Source: a virus (lineage: Duplodnaviria > Caudoviricetes). Taken from it: a stretch of 64,000 nt of DNA. The notes beneath the pieces were generated by a model, which saw only the letters and a list, made by a program, of their open reading frames with translations, had not been told where the DNA came from and did not search any database. The stretch lies in the IMG/VR virus record IMGVR_UViG_3300012665_000962, positions 12,384-76,383 of that record; one strand, given 5' to 3'. Shown here piece after piece: positions 18,515 through 27,309 of the stretch (positions within the stretch are counted from its first letter, which is position 1; every line of letters starts with the position of its first letter). A program made the translations under genes and the position numbers.

Positions 18515-18860
18515 TGATTCTTTCAAAAAATACTAATTGCTTACTAACATGTGCGCCTACAATAGGCTTTCCTTGATAGTCGCTGCCTTTAACCATAATA
18601 TCCGAATTGGCAATAAGATCAACAAGTTCTTGTTCTGTATCAAAAACTACCACATTGTCAACTGATCGTAGATGCTGTAACATTGCTACTCGTTCTTGTT
18701 GATTGTTTATTGGGCGAGTTGGGCCTTTGAGTCTGGCTACTCTAGAGTCAGAGTCGATGCCAACAGTGAGATGGTCACCTAAACTGCGAGCATATTTCAG
18801 CAGTTCTAAGTGTCCAATATGTAAAATATCAAAGGTGCCGTTAACAAATATTCGGGTCAT
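18468..18860 (-). CDS. hldC: Heptose-1-phosphate adenylyltransferase (HldE/RfaE domain II)
   Basis: NGTFDILHIGH (HxGH), VGIDSD.RV..LKG..RPIN, VKGSDY, GYSTT. Confidence 0.9.
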   Translation of the reverse strand: MTRIFVNGTFDILHIGHLELLKYARSLGDHLTVGIDSDSRVARLKGPTRPINNQQERVAMLQHLRSVDNVVVFDTEQELVDLIANSDIMVKGSDYQGKPIVGAHVSKQLVFFERINGYSTTEKIQDIIDR

Positions 18861-18895
18861 ACTATATTTTATACGGTATGACCCTAAGATGTCAA
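18854..18895 (-). promoter_or_regulatory. Sigma70 promoter whose spacer pairs with the start codon of the heptose operon
   Basis: TTGACA (18895-18890), then TATAAA at 16 nt or TAAAAT at 18 nt; perfect 9-bp inverted repeat GGGTCATAC / GTATGACCC includes the ATG. Confidence 0.78.
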
Positions 18896-18899
18896 CAGT

Positions 18900-21800
18900 T
18901 TAGGCTTGAGCTTCAGACCAACGTAAAATAATATTTGCCGGAACTGCTGTTCCTGAAACTTTATACACGTTAATGGCCAAAACGTCAGGGCCATTTGGGA
19001 ATGTGCCACGACCACCAAGTGCGGTAGTTGTCAATTCTTTTAAACTACTTAAACTCAGTGCGTCTGTAGATCCTGGATTGGTAATAAACGAAAATATAGT
19101 TTCACCTGGTAACGCAAATGGTGGTAAACCAAATTGGAATTGTACAGTATTCCCGCCTGCTATAACCGCGTTTGTTGTCTGTGTAAATGTCACAGTATAA
19201 TACGTGGTGCTGGCAAACGTTTGTAAAGTGCTTACTGATTGTACACGAGTACCAGCTGGAAACTTAGTTTCTGTTGTGGCAATTTCAGTGTTTGACGATG
19301 CTCCTGACGCTTCCCAACTTGCTTGTGTAAAGTAAATTGTAGAAGTGTTAGCTGTAGATTGTGCCAACGAAAACGTAATATTATTGGTGTTGTTGACCGC
19401 AGATGTTGATGCTCTACTAAACGACAGAGTGTAATACAATGTTGTGTTAAACGTTACAGTGCCACTAGCAGAAACTAGAGCAGTATTTCCTGCGTTGAAA
19501 GTCACAGCATAATAGCTAGTTCCGGCAAATGTTCTTAGTGCGCTCACAGAGCTAATTTGAGTTCCTCCGCCAAACTTACCATCGTTAGTTGTTTGCCCCG
19601 CAATGATGTCAACTGGAAGAGCTGCCCAACTTGCCTGTTGGAAGAAATGTATGGTATTTCCTATTGCTCTATTACCAGCAAATCTAAAAGAATTAAACTC
19701 GTTATTATTACTAAATCTTAGTGTAGCAGTACTAAAAGAAACAGTATAATAGCCGCCGGTTGGACCGGATACGGCTGTTACATATGTACCGTCAACAAAT
19801 AAACTAGTATCATTGGTGAAAATATCTGTAGCAATTGTAGAACCTTGTAAAGTTGCCCAACTTGCTTGATAATAATACAACACAAAACTTCCAGAGTTTA
19901 CATTAAATACCCGCTGTGTTGAAGATGACAGTTGCGGCAACGTTGTTGCTGTAGGTGTTGGACTAAATGCTCTATTAGTTACCGTGGTTCCTGATGGAAA
20001 TTTAGCATCAGACACTGTTTGTCCTACTACCGCGCCAATACTATCCCAGCTAGTTCTTGTAACATATGCTATAGATGTTCCTGAGCCTCTATTAAAAGCA
20101 GCACCTGTTGGCACAGTTGCGTTACCAGTTACGGTGTTAAGAGCAGTGGCTGTGGTAAATGTATACGATCCGCCACCGGCCCAGTTAACAGATCCGCCCG
20201 GAGCAATTTGAGCAAAACTTGGTTGGCCTCCTTGAGCTAGTCCACTTAATCTACCCCAGGTAATATCGCCTGGGTTTAAAGGATAATTTTGTGGGTTTAA
20301 TACACCCTCAACAACAATTCCACCTGTGCCGGTGTCTGACGCAATAGAAATTTCGTTAAGCAATAATTGAGCTCTGTTTAACAGTTCTCTTTCACCAAGG
20401 TCTCCAACTACTGCGTTTGAAACAGACGGTGCTAGTCGAATTAAAAACACTGTTCTCTTTGTGGTAGAAATTGAGTTACCAGTTGAAGTGTAACTGAACA
20501 GATATCCACGGTCTTCGTCAAATCTTCCGTCAGTTAAAAACGCACTACCCCAGTGGCTAATCAACGGTGTTGTAGTATTTGTTAATAAAATAACTCCGGT
20601 TTTTTGAGTGTGGCTAGTAGCAATACCTGCTCTGTAACTTCTTAATGCGCCCGATTGAAAATTACTTAATTGAGAGCTTCTTACTGCTCCAGTTAATGAT
20701 GTAGATGTTTTTCCTGTATACGATATAAGTTCGTTATCTACATACACTACACCCGAGTCTGGAAAAAATTCAGTCGATTCTAAAGGAACTGTTGTTACTG
20801 TTGATGAAATATCGCTAGTAAGTCTTGATACAGCACCGTAGTTGGCAACTTCATATCTCACTGGCAAGTTACCAGTACGCATGAACGCTTCCGAATTAAC
20901 GTTGGAATTTCTCATACGATGAGCAAACACAAAATTACCGTCACTGCCACGCAGCATAAAATCAATAAATCCAGCACCATACCATGTATATTGAATGCCG
21001 ATCATCTGCATCTTTGTGATATCAACTTTGTAGCCACTGGGCCCGGTACCGTCTAATCGATCTCGATTAAACTCGCGTTGCGGTACTCGTTTGTCTGTGA
21101 CCAAACATATTTTACTGCCTGTTACTGTGCTTACTCCACGGAAATCTGGGTTAACAGTTATAGAGGTATCTGATGCTACTGTAGTGATCACATGAGTCAT
21201 ACCTTTGACTACCACAAAGTCGCCAGCTTTAAGTTGATCTAAGAAACGACTGTTTGTTCCTACGATTGTGTTACTGCCCGGAACAGCAGTGATTGTACCA
21301 GCTAGCTGTTTGGTTGATGAGCGTTGTACTACTGCTAGTTCGTCGCCGTTATATTCCCAAAACATACCGTTCTGATCATCAAATGCTCCTGCCCTTACTA
21401 CCGCGCCCTTCCAATTTAATGTAGATACTTGGCAACTAAATCCTAATGTTGGGATTTTTGATCCTAATCTTCTTAGCGCAGTTACTCTAAATACTCGCTC
21501 GCTGACAACTTCAGTAACTGTGTAGTCTTCATCTGGATAGTATTCAGTGTTACTGTCGTATCCTGGCGTCACAACACCAGTAATTCTTACCTTTGCGCCA
21601 GTTTGGAAACCGTGGTCGTTTTCGTCTAATGTAATAGTAATTACTGAACCGACTTCAACACCTTCGGCAACAATATTTTGTATATCGTAACTTGGAGCAA
21701 ATAACGCACCAGTAGTATACATAATACCTTTACCAGACTGGTAACGAATATATTTTTTACTTTGACGTACTGCTTGAACCCCATGTTGCGGACCACCTGT

Positions 21801-24800
21801 GCCCAATTGTACTCCGCCGTCAAATGGTCGATGTGTAAAGAATGAATCTGGTCTTGCGTAAATTCTTCCTGTGATTGTTCCTGATATTGTACCAGCTGCT
21901 CTAGCCTGATAACTCAAAGACGTAGCAGTTGGTATAGATGTTGCTGTGTACGAACCGCCAGCTAGTGTATGATTGTTGATACCGTTATCTGATGTTGGAA
22001 CTACAATAAATGCTCCACCTGGTGGTATTCCGTGTGCTGCTAAAAAGTCTACTCGAATAGTAGCTAGGGCAGCAAACGCCAATGATGTAGATTGCGGTAT
22101 TACTGCTGTGGTGAATTCACTGACTGTAATTGAAGAATATAACGCAAAAGTAAATCCAGCAGACGCAGTATGTGTACCTATAGTAACAGGATCTACGATA
22201 GCACCAGTTAACACTGTGCCAACAGTTATTTCGACATCATTGGCTGGAGTTGCTCCGCCAAGCGATGCTCCGCTGAGTAATATTTTATTACCGGCTCGAT
22301 AATTTGTACCACCATTACTGACTGTGATTGCGCTGTATGCGCCTCCTGACCTAGTAACAGTAAATTCTGCCGATGTGCCTAGTGCTTGAACATTTGTTAC
22401 TGGCACGTTAGTATATGTAATTTGAAATGCGCCTGTTCCTGTTACACCAACTTCGGTAATCGCACCCGATATATTACTAGCAGTTCCCGAGGTTGTGAAT
22501 GTAGATATGCCACCAGTGATAGTTGTAGAACCTATGGTAATTGTTAAATCATTGGCAGGCGATGCTCCGCCAAGCTGTGTACCAAATATTGTCAGTGCTT
22601 CGGAGTTAATATATCCCGAACCCGGATTAGTTAATGTAACTGAATATGTAGTACCATCTCTTGATATTGAAAATACAGCAGCACTACCTGCTCCGGTTGT
22701 AGAGTCTTGGATTATGCTGGTATAAGAATTTGCTACCGTTGACACAGTTATAGTGACATTGTTCGCAGGACTTGCGCCAAAAGTAAACACAGTTCCAGGA
22801 ACTGTAAAAGTTTCACCGTTTGAATAATTTGAACCTGCGGTGGTTACACCAGCAGTATACGCACCACCTGCTCGTGTTACTTGGAATACAGCACCAGTGC
22901 CTGCGGCTGATGTAGTATAGACTGAGCTGTCAACGCCTGTTACTGTTTGATTAGCCACAGGGTTTGCTACACCTTCAACAATAGCAACACCTACTATAGA
23001 TCCGCCGCCGCCAATTGCTTCAACGTTTAAATAAAGGTCATTGGCTGTGCTGGCGCCGCCAAGAGCAGTGCCTAATATTTTAAAAGTATCACCTACGGCA
23101 TAGCCAGTGCCTGGTGTATTAAGAACTACTGACGCATATGTAGTTGTATTGTCTCTTGTAACATCAAATGATGCGCTGCTGCCTGAGCCTACAACATTAG
23201 TCCCAGATATGCCACTGTATGTAACAGTATTTCCTTTAATATTTGCAGCCAACGGTCTTGATAATGTAAGATCTAGGCCGTTAATTTCTGTAACAAACGT
23301 TGCTGTACCAGCACCATCGCTGACACCAAAACCAACTTGAATACTGCTTGTACTGGACACAGTTACTACTGTTGTGCCTATTGGATAATCAGTGGTTAAC
23401 AAAGGTGTTACAACTACACCACCAGTGCCTAATATTGAAGTTACCTGTGAGCCAGTCGCTATACCCGAACCTGTTATTGGTGCTCCTAGTTCCGGGGCGG
23501 TACCTGTAAATGCTATTCTGTTAGAGCTGGTAGCTATGTTCAAGGCTGCGGACAATGTTCCACTAGTACCGTTACTGGTTACAGTAAACACAGGAGTTCC
23601 AATTTCAGCACCTGTATAAAATCCGCCTTGTCTAACTTGAGCAAATGTAGTGGTTAACTCGGTAGGATTTGCAGTTCCTACTCTTGCTTTAGCATAGTAC
23701 GAGAATGATCTATTTGTGGGAACTGCTGTTATAACAAAAGAGCCTTCTGCTCTTGATACACTGGCTATTGCCTGTGTTAGACCCCTAACAGTAATAGGAG
23801 TTCCTACACTGAAACCGTGTGCTGAATTAGTTGTAACAGTGATTAATGAGCCACCAACGCCGCTGGTGCCTGCTGAAGCATCTGTTGAAATACTAAGTAC
23901 ATCTTGGTCAGTTCCGGGAATTTCATATATACTTGGATAGCCGCGGGCTACAGCAATTGCTTGCCATTTAGTTGGTTGAAGACCGTACTCAAAGTCAGCG
24001 TCCAACATACTTTGTGGTGGAGCTACACGTTGACGTTCAATGGCGTCAGTGCCAAAATCATAAGGTCTTACTATCTGTTCTGAATTTTCAACAAAAATTT
24101 GTATGTCATCATTACTGGACATAGATGACGTGTCGTAGTTAAGTTTGATTGAAGTAACGCCGTCAGTTGTTTGTAAAAATTTAACAAAATCATCATCTTC
24201 AAAATCTTCTACTTCGACTGTTCCACCAGTTTCATTATTACTAAAATTGTAGATAATCTTATTTGTTGTGGTGTTAGTAATTAATAAAAAGTCATCAGAA
24301 CTGTATCTGCCTTGAATTTTAAGGCGGCCATATGTACTAGCCGTTGGAGCAGCTAACACACTAAGTCCTCCGGGAATCAATGTTAGTAAAATATTTGACA
24401 ATTCAACTATTTTTGCTGCCGCACCTGTTTCTGGTGTAGCACCAGTTGTTACTACTTGAGGTGTTAGGATCTGGTATGGTACAGTTCTATATGATATTGC
24501 CGGCAGTGAGCCAGTTCCATTTAATAGTAAATTAATCAACACATTAGACAATGTGGTAATTCTTGAAGTAGCACCACTTTCGGCTGATGGTGAAGTTGTT
24601 ATTTGCGGATATACATTTTGAAAAGAAGGAGCAGCTACACGAGGTAATATGTAGTTGTTAATAGTGTTTCTTAAAAATGTATGAGCATACGCTTCCGGGT
24701 ATCGGTCACCGTCAACTTGTATTTCATTGCCGTAATAGTATTTTGTAGTAACTCGATAAGTTTCTTCGTTACCATTATATTGTAAATCGTAGATATACGC

Positions 24801-26732
24801 ATCTATTACATAACCAGCATCTCGAATACATTTGGCCTGATCATAGGTAAACCCGTTGAAGTCTACAACACTGTTTACAATAGATGTTTTGGCTGTAGAA
24901 ATTGCCAACCTAGCATTTTGTAACGCGGTCGGTGCCCATGTCACACTTGGCAATGTTCTTGGTATGCTGGCCAATATTAAATTTGCTGCTGTTTGCGTCG
25001 TAGCATTAACAACATCGGCGGTAATTTGTACCAATGTCTGTATAGTAGTAGCATCACCAGAGCTGGCATTAGCGCCAGATAGTGTTTGTGTTAATGTATT
25101 TGGAGTTGAACCAGTGGTTGTTTTAATTACTGGCACACCTTGTACCACCTGTGCTATGATTGCTTTTAATCGCCCGTAGGCTGCTACAGTTTGTAATCTA
25201 TGTGTTGGATCAATCCCAGGTGCGCCGTCAGCAAATCCGTAAAAGAAAAATTTAGCCTGATCGTATGTAGCCGAATTGCCGCCGTATAGTATGTCGTAAC
25301 AAATAGCATCAATTGCGTACTTGACATCTCGTGTACACTTTGCTTCATCGTGATCGTGTAAAGGATATGTATCAGCCACCCACGCATTAACTTCAGCAGC
25401 TAGGAAATTTTTATTTGCTGTTAATTTATCCTTGGCAGCAATTTGACTAGCAGTAGCGGACGTTGGGTTTGTGAAAGTTACTATATCGGCCGAGGTTCTT
25501 CCATTGGTAGCAATGTCACGAACTTCATTAAAAAACGAAGCTGCTCTAGTTGTAGCAGCAGTACTGGCAACAACTTCCGACAAAGCTGCTACTTCTAAGC
25601 CTGCTCGTCGAATAGTGTCTAATACAATAAAATCGTTGTCTAAAGAATTATACTCAGCTAATCCTAAAAAGACTGCGTTGTAATTTGTACCAAGAGCTAC
25701 ATCATATTGAACACCGTCTATTAGGTATCCAATGTCTCGAACGCATTTAGTAGCAGTATCTATTTGATCTTGAATCCAAGCAGTGACTTCGTATTGAAGA
25801 TACGTTTTGTTTTCGGTTAACAATCGCACAGCTTCTGTGTAATCTTCTGTGCCTACTACGTTTTGTATAATATTTGAATTTATTCTTTCACGAATAAATC
25901 GGTGTGCTTCAACTTCTGCTTGGCCACTACCGTCAACTTGAAGGGTATCGCCGTCGTAATATAGTTTAACAACACGAGTAGTGTCTTCAGTGCCGTCATA
26001 TCGTAGGTCATTTAAGTATGCGTCAATAACAAAGCCAAAGTCTCTTTCGCATTTTTCTGCGCTGTATGTGTAATTTTCATACGTAGAAGCTTTATACTGA
26101 ATAGCTGGTAAAGAGCTAAGACCGTTAGTTATTACATCAATGGTTAGTTGTGTTAATGCCGTGACCTTTGAAGCAACTTGAGATTCTGCCGAAGGGCCAT
26201 TGGTATACTGAGGATATGTTCCTTGAAATGACGAAGCTATTGTTCTAGTTAAAATGTAGTTGTTGATTAACGATCTTAAAAATGTGTATGCTGCGACTTC
26301 TGGAGTTCGTGGACCATCAATTTGTGGTGCCGAACCAATCCAATAAAAACCTGCTATTCGTCTTGTCTCTTCGTTGCCACCATAACGCAAATCATGAATA
26401 TAGGCATCAATGTTGTATAGTGTGTCTCTTAGACACTTGGCGCTGTCATAGGTATACCCGACAAACGGAGCAATATTATTAGCAACTTGATATTGTATCC
26501 ACGCAACAACTTCGTATTGCATGTAGGTTCTGTTATTGGTTAGTAACCGAACTGCTTCTGGATAATATTGAAACGCAGTATCAACAATAACACGACGATT
26601 AATGAACCCTGACAGTTCCTTTTTTAAGTGTTCTCTATTTGCTAATATACTAGCATAGGCGTTTGGTTTTAAGTTACCTGAGTAACTCATCCCTGGTCTA
26701 AATACGTAATTATTAATCTTTTTCTTTGCCAT
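18900..26732 (-). CDS. Giant (2610 aa) virion structural/fibre-like protein with five N-terminal C-x-R-D helical repeats
   Basis: Late-operon position, Thr/Gly/Ser-rich beta repeats (F.V.R.G..Y...V...G.GY), RQSKKYIRYQSGKG module, five KC.RD repeats in residues about 25-740. Confidence 0.8.
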   Translation of the reverse strand: MAKKKINNYVFRPGMSYSGNLKPNAYASILANREHLKKELSGFINRRVIVDTAFQYYPEAVRLLTNNRTYMQYEVVAWIQYQVANNIAPFVGYTYDSAKCLRDTLYNIDAYIHDLRYGGNEETRRIAGFYWIGSAPQIDGPRTPEVAAYTFLRSLINNYILTRTIASSFQGTYPQYTNGPSAESQVASKVTALTQLTIDVITNGLSSLPAIQYKASTYENYTYSAEKCERDFGFVIDAYLNDLRYDGTEDTTRVVKLYYDGDTLQVDGSGQAEVEAHRFIRERINSNIIQNVVGTEDYTEAVRLLTENKTYLQYEVTAWIQDQIDTATKCVRDIGYLIDGVQYDVALGTNYNAVFLGLAEYNSLDNDFIVLDTIRRAGLEVAALSEVVASTAATTRAASFFNEVRDIATNGRTSADIVTFTNPTSATASQIAAKDKLTANKNFLAAEVNAWVADTYPLHDHDEAKCTRDVKYAIDAICYDILYGGNSATYDQAKFFFYGFADGAPGIDPTHRLQTVAAYGRLKAIIAQVVQGVPVIKTTTGSTPNTLTQTLSGANASSGDATTIQTLVQITADVVNATTQTAANLILASIPRTLPSVTWAPTALQNARLAISTAKTSIVNSVVDFNGFTYDQAKCIRDAGYVIDAYIYDLQYNGNEETYRVTTKYYYGNEIQVDGDRYPEAYAHTFLRNTINNYILPRVAAPSFQNVYPQITTSPSAESGATSRITTLSNVLINLLLNGTGSLPAISYRTVPYQILTPQVVTTGATPETGAAAKIVELSNILLTLIPGGLSVLAAPTASTYGRLKIQGRYSSDDFLLITNTTTNKIIYNFSNNETGGTVEVEDFEDDDFVKFLQTTDGVTSIKLNYDTSSMSSNDDIQIFVENSEQIVRPYDFGTDAIERQRVAPPQSMLDADFEYGLQPTKWQAIAVARGYPSIYEIPGTDQDVLSISTDASAGTSGVGGSLITVTTNSAHGFSVGTPITVRGLTQAIASVSRAEGSFVITAVPTNRSFSYYAKARVGTANPTELTTTFAQVRQGGFYTGAEIGTPVFTVTSNGTSGTLSAALNIATSSNRIAFTGTAPELGAPITGSGIATGSQVTSILGTGGVVVTPLLTTDYPIGTTVVTVSSTSSIQVGFGVSDGAGTATFVTEINGLDLTLSRPLAANIKGNTVTYSGISGTNVVGSGSSASFDVTRDNTTTYASVVLNTPGTGYAVGDTFKILGTALGGASTANDLYLNVEAIGGGGSIVGVAIVEGVANPVANQTVTGVDSSVYTTSAAGTGAVFQVTRAGGAYTAGVTTAGSNYSNGETFTVPGTVFTFGASPANNVTITVSTVANSYTSIIQDSTTGAGSAAVFSISRDGTTYSVTLTNPGSGYINSEALTIFGTQLGGASPANDLTITIGSTTITGGISTFTTSGTASNISGAITEVGVTGTGAFQITYTNVPVTNVQALGTSAEFTVTRSGGAYSAITVSNGGTNYRAGNKILLSGASLGGATPANDVEITVGTVLTGAIVDPVTIGTHTASAGFTFALYSSITVSEFTTAVIPQSTSLAFAALATIRVDFLAAHGIPPGGAFIVVPTSDNGINNHTLAGGSYTATSIPTATSLSYQARAAGTISGTITGRIYARPDSFFTHRPFDGGVQLGTGGPQHGVQAVRQSKKYIRYQSGKGIMYTTGALFAPSYDIQNIVAEGVEVGSVITITLDENDHGFQTGAKVRITGVVTPGYDSNTEYYPDEDYTVTEVVSERVFRVTALRRLGSKIPTLGFSCQVSTLNWKGAVVRAGAFDDQNGMFWEYNGDELAVVQRSSTKQLAGTITAVPGSNTIVGTNSRFLDQLKAGDFVVVKGMTHVITTVASDTSITVNPDFRGVSTVTGSKICLVTDKRVPQREFNRDRLDGTGPSGYKVDITKMQMIGIQYTWYGAGFIDFMLRGSDGNFVFAHRMRNSNVNSEAFMRTGNLPVRYEVANYGAVSRLTSDISSTVTTVPLESTEFFPDSGVVYVDNELISYTGKTSTSLTGAVRSSQLSNFQSGALRSYRAGIATSHTQKTGVILLTNTTTPLISHWGSAFLTDGRFDEDRGYLFSYTSTGNSISTTKRTVFLIRLAPSVSNAVVGDLGERELLNRAQLLLNEISIASDTGTGGIVVEGVLNPQNYPLNPGDITWGRLSGLAQGGQPSFAQIAPGGSVNWAGGGSYTFTTATALNTVTGNATVPTGAAFNRGSGTSIAYVTRTSWDSIGAVVGQTVSDAKFPSGTTVTNRAFSPTPTATTLPQLSSSTQRVFNVNSGSFVLYYYQASWATLQGSTIATDIFTNDTSLFVDGTYVTAVSGPTGGYYTVSFSTATLRFSNNNEFNSFRFAGNRAIGNTIHFFQQASWAALPVDIIAGQTTNDGKFGGGTQISSVSALRTFAGTSYYAVTFNAGNTALVSASGTVTFNTTLYYTLSFSRASTSAVNNTNNITFSLAQSTANTSTIYFTQASWEASGASSNTEIATTETKFPAGTRVQSVSTLQTFASTTYYTVTFTQTTNAVIAGGNTVQFQFGLPPFALPGETIFSFITNPGSTDALSLSSLKELTTTALGGRGTFPNGPDVLAINVYKVSGTAVPANIILRWSEAQA

Positions 26733-26741
26733 GTTTCTCTC

Positions 26742-27293
26742 TTAGGCTCCAAATGCTACCGCAAAAGCGATAACTGAGTTGTCTACATAATCTTTTCTTA
26801 CTGCTTGTGCTGCTGATGTTGGTATTGGTACTAATAGTCCGTCGACAAATGTCATAATTCCATTAACTTCTGCGCCTGACGCAGATATTTCGGCATTGTC
26901 CATATTTAAACCGGCTGGGCTAACACCGTTACTTACCAAATTTACTTGATATGCGGACACAGTCCCGGGAACTATTGAACCAATGTTTACATTATCAACT
27001 GTACCAACTGTTTGGCTGTTGATAACCACTCGACCTGATACAATTGATATTCTGTTTACATTGCTGCTTTTAAGATATACATCACCATTAACCTGTAATT
27101 GTGTTAGTGTACCTAGTGTTCTTAGACTGCTGTTTACTACAATGCTGTTTAAGGCCGTGCCGCCTGATGAAAACAATGAGCCAGAACCACTGAGAATAAA
27201 ATCGTTGGCAATTAGATTCCCTTGATCGTCAACAGAAAATCCTGGGCTTTGATACCCAAAATCACTTTTTAATGCTTTTTGTCCTACAGTCAT
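26742..27293 (-). CDS. Fibre-associated structural protein
   Basis: 183 aa, beta-rich, ends AVRKDYVD..VIAFAVAFGA; perfect TATAAATA upstream (27314-27307). Confidence 0.65.
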   Translation of the reverse strand: MTVGQKALKSDFGYQSPGFSVDDQGNLIANDFILSGSGSLFSSGGTALNSIVVNSSLRTLGTLTQLQVNGDVYLKSSNVNRISIVSGRVVINSQTVGTVDNVNIGSIVPGTVSAYQVNLVSNGVSPAGLNMDNAEISASGAEVNGIMTFVDGLLVPIPTSAAQAVRKDYVDNSVIAFAVAFGA

Positions 27294-27309
27294 AATTTAT
27301 CCAGAGTAT

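Noticed and set aside
24500-26665. Concluding a cyanobacterial host from the phycobiliprotein-like repeats
   Set aside because: No photosynthesis genes are in the window and the fold similarity is unverified; the host cannot be assigned beyond probably Gram-negative.
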